Assembly: GCA_020720785.1 (NCBI GenBank)
Contig: DYOA01000005.1
Span: 9,809 to 73,808, forward strand
DNA from: Leptospira biflexa
GTDB taxonomy: Bacteria; Spirochaetota; Leptospiria; Turneriellales; DYLW01
Length of the DNA: 64,000 bases
Reading direction: 5' to 3'
In this document: one piece after another, positions 47,729 to 56,159 of the stretch
Layout of the letters: every line of letters begins with the position of its first letter
How positions within the stretch are numbered: position 1 is the stretch's first letter
Translations under genes and position numbers: made by a program
Notes under the pieces: model-generated
What the model saw: only the letters and a program-made list of their open reading frames with translations
Told to the model about the DNA's origin: nothing
Database searches by the model: none

Positions 47729-48802
47729 ATGATAAACAATCCGGACATTAAATTTTCCTACAAAGACGCGGGAGTGGATACCCACAAAGCCGCGTCTTCC
47801 ATTTCTACCTTGAAAAATATTATCAGGAAAACATATTCTGCCCCAGCTAATGGAACGGTGGGCGGGGAGTTTGGGAGTTTTGCCGGGGTTTTCATACCGG
47901 AAGATAATTTTTATCAATCCCGCCATCGTCTGGTGGCAGCCACCGATGGAGTGGGCACCAAGATTGAGCTGGCAAAAGAATATGGATATTATGCAGGCCT
48001 GGGGTATGATCTGGTGGCCATGAGCGTTAACGATCTTCTCTGTAATGGGGCCAGACCGGCTTTTTTTCTGGACTATGTGTCCTGTGGAAAACTGGATAAT
48101 TCCTGGTATATCCCGGTGGTGGAATCCATTGCCAATGCGTGTATTCTTGCCCGTACAGCCCTCATTGGCGGGGAAACCGCTGAACATCCGGGGGTTATGA
48201 AAGAGAATGATCTGGATTTGGCGGGTTTCTGTGTGGGATTTCTGGAGGATAAAAAGGCCCTCCCCCGGAAAGAAAATATAAAAGAGGGAACATTGATTTA
48301 TGGAATTCCTTCGTCCGGCCTCCATTCCAATGGCTTTTCTCTGGTGCGGAAAATTTTTTCCCATATCCGGGAGAATAATTCAGAAGACCGGGCGATTGTG
48401 GAAAACCCGGAATGGGTGATTTCCCATGTCCTGACCCCCACAAGGATTTATACAGAACTGGCAGATGCACTGGATAAAATTGGGGTGGATGCCTTGGTGC
48501 ATATCACCGGGGGCGGATATTATGAGAACATTCCCAGGGTCCTTCCCGATGACGTGGCGGTAACCCTGGATTTTTCCGGAGTTCCGGAGCTGCCGATCTA
48601 TGCGTTGCTGAAAAAATATGTGAATCCACGGGAACTATATTCCACTTTTAATATGGGGATTGGATTGGTGGCGTTTGTGTGTCCGCAGGAGAAAAACTCC
48701 ATACATCGCTATCTTCCGGAGGCAATATCCATCGGCCGGGTGATCCGGAAAGAAGCAGGCAATCCGGAGCCGGTGTTCATCAATGGGATTGATCTTCCCT
48801 GA
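47729..48802 (+). CDS. purM: Phosphoribosylformylglycinamidine cyclo-ligase (AIR synthetase)
   Basis: Motifs are YKDAGVD, LVAATDGVGTK, DLVAMSVNDL and GGETAEHPG. Confidence 0.9.
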   Translation: MINNPDIKFSYKDAGVDTHKAASSISTLKNIIRKTYSAPANGTVGGEFGSFAGVFIPEDNFYQSRHRLVAATDGVGTKIELAKEYGYYAGLGYDLVAMSVNDLLCNGARPAFFLDYVSCGKLDNSWYIPVVESIANACILARTALIGGETAEHPGVMKENDLDLAGFCVGFLEDKKALPRKENIKEGTLIYGIPSSGLHSNGFSLVRKIFSHIRENNSEDRAIVENPEWVISHVLTPTRIYTELADALDKIGVDALVHITGGGYYENIPRVLPDDVAVTLDFSGVPELPIYALLKKYVNPRELYSTFNMGIGLVAFVCPQEKNSIHRYLPEAISIGRVIRKEAGNPEPVFINGIDLP

Positions 48803-49214
48803 CAAGAAAATACACAATTATTTTGCGTTTCTGCATTTTCCCGGCTTCTGGTGTGTCCATTTTCCAAGTATCCGTTAATTCCTGGTCAGAGATGATTACC
48901 CCCGCATGTCCGTTTTTTTTATGGATTTCTTTTTTTACTTTCCGGTAAATGTCGCTGGTTTTGGATGCTGCGGATACCAGAATGGTATATTTGCCGATGA
49001 CCTTGTATGGATATGCCGGGTACTCATCAAAATATATTTCAATTTTATCCACGGCAATAGAATTTTCCGGTTCCGCATTTTTATACTTAATATATTCCGT
49101 GGAAGCACAGTTTCCGGTGAATAATAATATCGCCATAAAGACGGAGAAAGGAAAAAGGTTTGACGTTGAGTAATTTTTCACAGGATAGTCAATGTACAGT
49201 AAACGGATAACCAA
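48780..49214 (-). CDS. Hypothetical (possible lipoprotein)
   Basis: 144 aa. A hydrophobic segment ends in LFTGNC. The start is uncertain (alternative Met at 49136). Confidence 0.35.
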   Translation of the reverse strand: MVIRLLYIDYPVKNYSTSNLFPFSVFMAILLFTGNCASTEYIKYKNAEPENSIAVDKIEIYFDEYPAYPYKVIGKYTILVSAASKTSDIYRKVKKEIHKKNGHAGVIISDQELTDTWKMDTPEAGKMQKRKIIVYFLVREDQSH

Positions 49215-49216
49215 TA

Positions 49217-49552
49217 ATGAGTAAAGAAAAAATCACAACAACCAGTCCACTAAAAATTACAGGTGGACGACCAGCATCGGATGCTTTTTTGAATACTTTT
49301 TTTAAGGTTTTTTCCTTTGAAAATATCCGTGCTTTTGAGGATCTGTTCATTGAGCTGGAGCCCAAACTGAAGAAAATCAACATTGACGGCCCCAAGTTAA
49401 TGGAACAGATCCGGGATGCGTATACCCGTTACCAGAAATTCAAGGATCTGGATACGTTCACACCCATGGATCACAAAGCAGAGAAGTATGTTATTAATTT
49501 TATACGCAAGACAGTAACGGACGTTTATAACGTCGCAAGTAAGGTTAAATAA
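49217..49552 (+). CDS. Hypothetical protein
   Basis: 111 aa with no recognised motif. Its start codon is only 2 nt from the divergent ORF start, so at least one of the two starts is doubtful. Confidence 0.35.
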   Translation: MSKEKITTTSPLKITGGRPASDAFLNTFFKVFSFENIRAFEDLFIELEPKLKKINIDGPKLMEQIRDAYTRYQKFKDLDTFTPMDHKAEKYVINFIRKTVTDVYNVASKVK

Positions 49553-49575
49553 ATTTGCTTATCGGAGGATAATCC

Positions 49576-49953
49576 ATGAAAAAAATCAAAATCATTCTAG
49601 CGTCAGTGGTATTCTTACTCATTTCCGGGGTCTTTATTCTGGCCACGGATTACACCACCAATCTGGAGGTAAAGATTTATCCCAATCCCTACAATCCAGG
49701 GAAACATAAAAAGCTGACGGTGGAATTAAGTAGTACGCCCACCGACGGTTCTTATCAGTATATTATCTTTACTTATAATCTTAAGGAAGTATATCAGCAG
49801 ACTTTTTATGATCCATCCAAGGTCCACTGGTATGGTAATGACAAAAGCGGGAACCGGGTGGCCCCTGGTTTGTATTACATGAAAATTATCGTGGCCGGAG
49901 GGACAGACTCCTCCGGGATTAAATCCAGAATAATGAAAGTACTGGTTCAATAA
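49576..49953 (+). CDS. Small secreted protein consisting of a single FlgD-Ig/T9SS-CTD-like beta-sandwich domain
   Basis: It has a signal peptide, then the pattern IYPNPYNPGK...V.L......I..Y.L.G..V....WYGNDKSGNRVAPGLYYMKI. Confidence 0.5.
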   Translation: MKKIKIILASVVFLLISGVFILATDYTTNLEVKIYPNPYNPGKHKKLTVELSSTPTDGSYQYIIFTYNLKEVYQQTFYDPSKVHWYGNDKSGNRVAPGLYYMKIIVAGGTDSSGIKSRIMKVLVQ

Positions 49954-49965
49954 GGTTTGGGGATT

Positions 49966-51015
49966 ATGAAAAATTATCGTGGTTTACTCTTTCTGGTATT
50001 GTCTGCTGTGTTTGCGGACGCTGTTTTTTCCGCCAACGGAGCCCAATTTTTAAATGAGGGATTTGGTGCCAAGGCAAAAGGCCTTGGGGGGGCTTATGGC
50101 GTCATCGTGAATGATCCATCCTCCCTTTACTGGAATCCCGCCGGTCTGGCAAATATTGACGGTGAGGTAAAACGCTACCGTAAAATTAACATCCAGGATG
50201 AGGCAGAAAAGGCCTTTGAGGATGGAGAATTTGAGGATTTTATTAACGAGGGGGCTGCCCCGCCGGAAAAAAAGGCAGAAAATGCTCAACCAGTGAATAC
50301 AGAAAGAACTTTTGAGATGAACGTCTACGGTTCCTTTGGCGAGCTTTCCCTTGACCGCCAGATTGCCTTTGTGGGTACAGGTTTTACCTTTCTGGGTGGA
50401 TCATTGGGGGCTGGTGCTCTGGGAACCCTAGTGGACGGAATTTCCGGTTATGACGAAGCCGGAGTCTCCACCGGCAGCAAGGATTATTCTGCCTTTGCTG
50501 GATATCTGGGTTATGCCAGGGGCCAGGGTAGCGGCAAATACGGTGTCAGCCTGATGGGATTCGAGGAAAAACTGAGTGGCAATTCTCTGTACGGTGGCGG
50601 GATCAATGCCGGCATCCAGTATGGCATCCTGCCCATCCTGGCGGTGGGAATGGATATACAGAATCTGGTGGGTTTCATGCAGAAAAATGTTTCCCAGAGC
50701 GGAGAGTACCAGAAGCTGGACAGTATTCTTCACTTTAATATGGCATTATCTACCCCGCCCCCCAATTCCAATATTAAGCTCCTATTGGGTTTCACTTCGA
50801 ATATCGACGAGCCGGAAACAGAAGCATTCATGCCCAATATTGGCATAGCTTACGGCATCAATAAATACGCGTACATTATGCTGGGGCTGGATAATGGATA
50901 TCCATCGGGCGGCGTGGGCATTTCCCTCAAGCACTTCAATCTGGCCTATTCCATCAATAGGGATAAGCTGGGGGAGGACTTCCAGCATTATGCCGAATTT
51001 AATTTTATCTTTTAA
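49966..51015 (+). CDS. Outer-membrane beta-barrel protein, PorV/UPF0164-like
   Basis: It has a signal peptide, then GAKAKGLGGAYGVIVNDPSSLYWNPAGLANI, alternating beta-strand patterns and a terminal aromatic residue (F). I placed the start at the ATG at 49966. Confidence 0.5.
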   Translation: MKNYRGLLFLVLSAVFADAVFSANGAQFLNEGFGAKAKGLGGAYGVIVNDPSSLYWNPAGLANIDGEVKRYRKINIQDEAEKAFEDGEFEDFINEGAAPPEKKAENAQPVNTERTFEMNVYGSFGELSLDRQIAFVGTGFTFLGGSLGAGALGTLVDGISGYDEAGVSTGSKDYSAFAGYLGYARGQGSGKYGVSLMGFEEKLSGNSLYGGGINAGIQYGILPILAVGMDIQNLVGFMQKNVSQSGEYQKLDSILHFNMALSTPPPNSNIKLLLGFTSNIDEPETEAFMPNIGIAYGINKYAYIMLGLDNGYPSGGVGISLKHFNLAYSINRDKLGEDFQHYAEFNFIF

Positions 51016-51020
51016 AAGCA

Positions 51021-51839
51021 ATGCAGATATGGGGAATCATTAATTTAACGCCCGATTCCTTTTATGCCCCGTCGCGTTCAAATTTTGCGGAATTGTCTCA
51101 GCGTCTGAAAAATGCCCTGTATTCGGGGGTGGATGTGATGGATCTGGGTGCGGAAAGCAGCCGGCCTTTTTCCCAACCTGTGTCCGAAGAGGAAGAATGG
51201 GATCGTCTGTATCCCGCTCTGATTACGGCCAGAAATCTACTGGGTGCGGATGATTTTGCCCGGCGTATATCCGTGGACAGCTATAAAACAACCACTATTG
51301 AAAAATCCCTGGAAATGGGCGTCCGGATATTCAACCATATAAAGGGAGGCGACAAGGATGTTTTCAAAATGGTGGCAGACCACAATGCGTCCATTGTCAT
51401 CATGCACACATTATCCGCCCCGGCCACCATGCAGACCGATCCCCATTATGAAGATGCGGTAACGGAAATATATTCTTATCTGGAGCATAGGTCGATGGAG
51501 GCGAAGGATGCCGGCATTCCCGGGGAAAATATTATCTGGGATTTTGGGGTGGGGTTTGGCAAAACCATGCAGCATAATCTGTACCTACTGAAAAATATAC
51601 CATTCTTTAAACGAAGCGGATTTAAACTTATGGTTGGGTTATCCAGAAAATCGTTCATGGGAAAACTTTTGGGATTGGATTCCCCGGAAGACCGCTTGGT
51701 TCCCACCGCTATTTTCCATTCTCTGGTGGCTTCCGCTATGGGCGATGAGGATATTCTGCGGGTTCATGATTTCATCGAGGGGATACAGTTAAAGAAAATA
51801 ATGAACGCATGGGAGAGCACCCAATTGGTGGAAGTATGA
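51021..51839 (+). CDS. folP: Dihydropteroate synthase
   Basis: Motifs are GIINLTPDSFY, DLGAESSRP and GLSRKSF. Confidence 0.85.
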   Translation: MQIWGIINLTPDSFYAPSRSNFAELSQRLKNALYSGVDVMDLGAESSRPFSQPVSEEEEWDRLYPALITARNLLGADDFARRISVDSYKTTTIEKSLEMGVRIFNHIKGGDKDVFKMVADHNASIVIMHTLSAPATMQTDPHYEDAVTEIYSYLEHRSMEAKDAGIPGENIIWDFGVGFGKTMQHNLYLLKNIPFFKRSGFKLMVGLSRKSFMGKLLGLDSPEDRLVPTAIFHSLVASAMGDEDILRVHDFIEGIQLKKIMNAWESTQLVEV

Positions 51840-52618
51840 ACGAGCTGCTCTTTCATTCCCGCATGTTTCTGGATATTACCATAACCGCTTTTATTATTTA
51901 CCAGATTTACCGTCTGATTGCCCATACCCGTACTATTCCCGTGGTACTGGGTATCTTTCTGTTATTTGGATTATACGGGGTTTCTCGCTTGATCCCGCTG
52001 AAAACAGTGCAGTTCATTTTTGAGACTCTATCCAATTATTTGATCATTGGGGTGTTGATTGTCCTGCAGCCGGAACTACGGCGGCTTTTTTACCGGATTG
52101 GACAGACAAACATATTAAAAAATCTATTCCCCCGGACATCTCTCCCTCTGGAAATCTTTCTGGCCGCCGTGGTGGAGCTGGCAGAAACTAAAACAGGGGC
52201 ATTATTTGTTCTGGTAAATAAAATCGGCCTGAACCAGATTGTGGAGGGCGGGATTGTTCTGAATGCCCAGATCAGCCGGGAACTTTTGCTGGCCATTTTT
52301 TATGAGGAAAACCCTCTTCATGATGGTGCTGTGGTCATTGACGGGAGCACCGTATTATCTGCTGCTTCCTACCTCCCCCTTTCTGACAGTCCACAGTTGA
52401 AAAAAACCCATGGTGCCAGACACCGGAGCGGCCTGGGAATATCTGAAGAATCCGATGCTCTGTCCGTCATTGTCTCTGAAGAAAAAGGGAAAATTTCTGT
52501 CTGTTATAATGGCATCCTGCATTCCCATGTGGACACGGTGACTCTGAAATCCATTCTTCTGGCATATAATAATAACCGGCTTTCTGAGGAAATGGATATT
52601 ATTTTTAAGATAGGATAA
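51836..52618 (+). CDS. cdaA: Diadenylate cyclase (membrane-anchored DAC domain)
   Basis: It has three N-terminal TM helices. The DAC motifs are GALFVL, HDGAVVI and GARHRSGLGISEESDALSVIVSEE. The ATGA start overlaps the folP stop. Confidence 0.85.
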   Translation: MNELLFHSRMFLDITITAFIIYQIYRLIAHTRTIPVVLGIFLLFGLYGVSRLIPLKTVQFIFETLSNYLIIGVLIVLQPELRRLFYRIGQTNILKNLFPRTSLPLEIFLAAVVELAETKTGALFVLVNKIGLNQIVEGGIVLNAQISRELLLAIFYEENPLHDGAVVIDGSTVLSAASYLPLSDSPQLKKTHGARHRSGLGISEESDALSVIVSEEKGKISVCYNGILHSHVDTVTLKSILLAYNNNRLSEEMDIIFKIG

Positions 52619-52619
52619 T

Positions 52620-53663
52620 ATGGGAAAAAACAGATATTTAATATTATTCAGAAATTATAAACCCAAGCTATTTTCTGTTTTTCTGGCTGTGTTGCTTTGG
52701 GCCTATGTTTACTATGCGGAGAAAAATAATGTCATTATCAATGTCCCGCTCATTTACAAAGGTCTTCCGGATTCTATGGTAATTGCCAATAAGCCTCCTC
52801 GATTTATAAAACTGGAGATTGAAGGGGATGCAGGCTCTGTAAAATTCCCCACCGGAAACCTGAAAGCAGAGGTGAATTTAAAAAATGCCCGGCCCGGAGA
52901 ACATTCCTTTGCTGTTTTTTTTGATAAAAGGCAGATTCCGGAGAAAACCCAGATTCTATCCTTGACAGAAGCGGTGGGCGTGGTTGTTGAAGAAAAAATT
53001 GTAAAAAATTTATGGATTCATCCCCTCATTGTGGGTTCCCCTGATCCCCGCTATTCCATAGCATCCATGACCACATACCCAAAATTTGTGCAGGTGACCG
53101 GCTCACGGGATGCCCTCAACGGGGTGGATGAAATACGCACCTATTCCCTGGATATCTCCAATGAGAAAAACAATATTACCCGGACAGCAAAACTGGAACC
53201 CCTTCCGGATATTAAAATCCTCTCTGAGCAGGATGTCCGGGTGGACATTACTCTGCAACGCCGCAAGGAAAAAATGAATATAGCCGAGCGGACATTCAAC
53301 CGGATTCCCGTAAATATTTCCGGTGGAATATCCCCTTCCCGGCTGGAGCTGGATATTCAATATGTGGATATTGTAGTTCATGGCGAAAACGCGGTGCTCC
53401 GGGATCTAACGAAAGCAGAGGTCTTTACCTTTGTTATTGTGGAAGCCAAAGATGGAACCTGTGTGGCAAAAAAGATATTTTCTGACCTTAAAGTGCACGT
53501 CCAGTTTATGCGGTTTGCGGATACCGTGACAGTCAAAAAAGTGGTCCCGCCGGTTATATCTGCCATCTGCAGAGGAGATGGAGATGTGGAAAATGACCCC
53601 AAGCCGGAATCCGGGGAAACACCGGAAGAGAGCCCCATCACCGAGGATAATAAAAATGAATAA
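52620..53663 (+). CDS. YbbR-domain protein (CdaR-like regulator of CdaA)
   Basis: It has an N-terminal TM helix and repeated YbbR-like beta modules. Its position directly after cdaA supports the call. Confidence 0.6.
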   Translation: MGKNRYLILFRNYKPKLFSVFLAVLLWAYVYYAEKNNVIINVPLIYKGLPDSMVIANKPPRFIKLEIEGDAGSVKFPTGNLKAEVNLKNARPGEHSFAVFFDKRQIPEKTQILSLTEAVGVVVEEKIVKNLWIHPLIVGSPDPRYSIASMTTYPKFVQVTGSRDALNGVDEIRTYSLDISNEKNNITRTAKLEPLPDIKILSEQDVRVDITLQRRKEKMNIAERTFNRIPVNISGGISPSRLELDIQYVDIVVHGENAVLRDLTKAEVFTFVIVEAKDGTCVAKKIFSDLKVHVQFMRFADTVTVKKVVPPVISAICRGDGDVENDPKPESGETPEESPITEDNKNE

Positions 53664-54384
53664 GAACCCTATTCGCCTGGGAGTGAATATTGACCATGTG
53701 GCCACGCTGAGAAATGCACGCGGTCAGAATGACCCTTCTGTATTAAGACTGATGTTTGAAGCGTCGGATGGCGGGGCACAGATTATCACCATCCATTTGC
53801 GGGAAGACCGCCGGCACATCCGGGATGAGGACGTCCATGAAATACTGCGGCATTCTCTGGTACCGGTTAACTTGGAAATGGCCCTCAATGACCACATCCT
53901 GGATTTTGCATTGAAAAGCAGACCTTATTCCGTGTGCATTGTGCCGGAGCGACGGGAAGAGGTGACCACGGAAGGTGGTCTGGATGTCATTAAATACAAA
54001 GATAAAATTAATCAATACGCAAAGGTATTAAAAGAAGCGGGAATATCCGTTTATTTATTCATTGATCCGGAAAAAGAAATGCTCCGGCATATTTCTCCGG
54101 ATTATGTGGACGGCATAGAAGTCCACACCGGATCCTACGCCAATCATTTCCATATTTTGCGGGAACGGGAGCGGGAGTTGGAAAAAATCCGGATGGTCCA
54201 TGATTTATCCCAGGATCTGGGGTTGGAGTTTCACGCCGGCCATGGTTTAAACTACCACAACATCCGGGAATTTCTGGTATTCCCGCAATTGAAAGAGGTT
54301 AACATTGGCCATTCCATTATTTCCCGGGCACTATCCATCGGCCTGAAAAATGCTGTCCGGGAAATGAAAGAATTAATTATATGA
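53656..54384 (+). CDS. pdxJ: Pyridoxine 5'-phosphate synthase
   Basis: I placed the start at the Met of MNKNPIRLGVNIDHVATLRNARG. Further motifs are ITIHLREDRRHI and HAGHGL. Confidence 0.9.
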   Translation: MNKNPIRLGVNIDHVATLRNARGQNDPSVLRLMFEASDGGAQIITIHLREDRRHIRDEDVHEILRHSLVPVNLEMALNDHILDFALKSRPYSVCIVPERREEVTTEGGLDVIKYKDKINQYAKVLKEAGISVYLFIDPEKEMLRHISPDYVDGIEVHTGSYANHFHILRERERELEKIRMVHDLSQDLGLEFHAGHGLNYHNIREFLVFPQLKEVNIGHSIISRALSIGLKNAVREMKELII

Positions 54385-54791
54385 TACTGGGAATTGGGAC
54401 AGATATAGCGGAAAACAACCGGATTGGGGGACTGCTGGAGAAATTTGGACCCCGTTTTTTGAACAGGATTTACATTCAGGAAGAAATTGATTATTGCATG
54501 GGAAAAAAAGACCCCATACCCCATCTGTCCGCCCGCTTTGCCCTGAAAGAAGCTTTCATCAAAGCCCTGGGAATAAAAAGAGATTTATCCTTATCTTATT
54601 TTGAAGTGGGGCTGACCGGAACGATTGGAAAGAAAGATATTGCGGTCTTTGGCCGATTGCGGGACATGATAAAAGAGAAGAATGTAGATTCCATACACTT
54701 CAGTATATCCCATGCGGAAAACTATTCCAGTGCGACCGTGATACTGGAAGGCAAGGAAATTACCCATGTGCCCGCTAATGGAAATGGATAA
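54381..54791 (+). CDS. acpS: Holo-[acyl-carrier-protein] synthase
   Basis: Motifs are MILGIGTDIAENNRI and ARFALKEAFIKAL. Confidence 0.85.
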   Translation: MILGIGTDIAENNRIGGLLEKFGPRFLNRIYIQEEIDYCMGKKDPIPHLSARFALKEAFIKALGIKRDLSLSYFEVGLTGTIGKKDIAVFGRLRDMIKEKNVDSIHFSISHAENYSSATVILEGKEITHVPANGNG

Positions 54792-55788
54792 CGTCGTCGC
54801 AGCCAGCCAGATTCGCCCCGGCAATCTGGAATCCTTCATTGGCCAGCGACAGATTGTAAAAAATCTGAAAGTTTATCTGGAAGCCGCGTTAATCCGGGAT
54901 GAGCCTCTGGATCACATTGTATTCTATGGCCCTCCGGGGCTGGGAAAGACAACCTTGGCCCGCATACTGGCAGATGCCCAAAAAGCAAATTTCCATTCCA
55001 TCTCCGCACCCAATCTCCAGCGTCCCGGGGATATAGCCAAAATTGTGACCTCGCTGGGGAAAAAAGATATATTATTTATCGATGAAATCCACCGTCTTCC
55101 CGCACCAGTGGAGGAAATGTTGTATACGGTCATGGAAGACAGAAAAATTGAAATCACCCTTTCAGAAGGGATGGCCTCATCCCCGGTTCAGATTGATCTG
55201 CCACCATTCACCATTGTGGGGGCCACAACCCGGCTGGGTGCCCTCTCCTCTCCGCTGCGGGATAGATTTGGAATACAGTTCCCTCTGGATTATTATGATA
55301 TGGGGGAACTGGTTGCCATTGTCCAACGCTCCGCAAGGATATGGAATATTTCCATGGAGGAGGCGACAGCCCTTGAGATTGCCCAACGTTCGCGTGGGAT
55401 TCCCCGGATTGCGAACCATTTGCTCCGGAGAATCTGGGATTTCGCTATTGTGGAAAATAAAAACAATCACAACATTCACCTGGATAGTATACAGGTGGAT
55501 CAATCCTGCCGGAAGATGGGCATTGATCCCAATGGAATAACCCAAAGAGAAATCCGGATGATGAAATCCATTGCAGAGGACCATCATGGCGGTCCGGTGG
55601 GTTTAAAACCACTGGCTTCCTTGATGTCAGAAGATATGATTAATCTGGAGGAATCCATTGAGCCGTATCTGGTGAGAATCGGGTTGATCCGCCGGACTCC
55701 ACGCGGAAGAGTTCTTTCTGAAAAAGGCTTTCAATACCTGGGTATCCAACCGTTTGCGGGTTTATTCCGGGTGGAGGAAACCCAATGA
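54766..55788 (+). CDS. ruvB: Holliday junction branch migration ATPase RuvB
   Basis: Motifs are RPGNLESFIGQ, GPPGLGKTTLA, FIDEIHRL and GATTR. The true start is probably Met 54778 or 54784. Confidence 0.9.
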   Translation: MCPLMEMDNVVAASQIRPGNLESFIGQRQIVKNLKVYLEAALIRDEPLDHIVFYGPPGLGKTTLARILADAQKANFHSISAPNLQRPGDIAKIVTSLGKKDILFIDEIHRLPAPVEEMLYTVMEDRKIEITLSEGMASSPVQIDLPPFTIVGATTRLGALSSPLRDRFGIQFPLDYYDMGELVAIVQRSARIWNISMEEATALEIAQRSRGIPRIANHLLRRIWDFAIVENKNNHNIHLDSIQVDQSCRKMGIDPNGITQREIRMMKSIAEDHHGGPVGLKPLASLMSEDMINLEESIEPYLVRIGLIRRTPRGRVLSEKGFQYLGIQPFAGLFRVEETQ

Positions 55789-56159
55789 AGAAAATTCTCC
55801 CGATTGTATTGGGTGTCTTGATTGCATTTCCTTTATACGGGGATCCCATACATCTGGGTCTGGAAGATGATTACCGCGAAACACCGGGCAGGCGTGCGGA
55901 AGTGATCTTTTTTCTGTCCTTGCCATTTGCTCTTCTTACCCAGGGCTTGATCATTGCCGGTTTGTACGCAGTCAATAATCCCAATGATCCGTTGCAGTTT
56001 AATGTGGCCACCTATAGTTTCTGGATTGGAGGTTCTCTTTTGATTTCCGGAGGCATTGCCTATGCGGATTACAGGGATACGTGTCTCCGGGAAAAGGAAG
56101 AGCAAACCCAGGACCACAAAGAAGCCCGTTATTATGTTCAGCTTAACCACCGCTTTTAA
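55785..56159 (+). CDS. Hypothetical small membrane protein
   Basis: 124 aa with a signal-like N-terminus and two hydrophobic segments. It overlaps the ruvB stop by 4 nt. Confidence 0.4.
   Translation: MKKILPIVLGVLIAFPLYGDPIHLGLEDDYRETPGRRAEVIFFLSLPFALLTQGLIIAGLYAVNNPNDPLQFNVATYSFWIGGSLLISGGIAYADYRDTCLREKEEQTQDHKEARYYVQLNHRF

Noticed and set aside
46820-48364. A 514-aa minus-strand ORF spanning rlpA and purM.
   Set aside because: It is antisense to two genes with clear family motifs (the RlpA DPBB/SPOR domains and the PurM GGETAEHPG motif). Its translation is compositionally odd, with no recognisable motif. It is most likely a shadow ORF of a codon-biased region.
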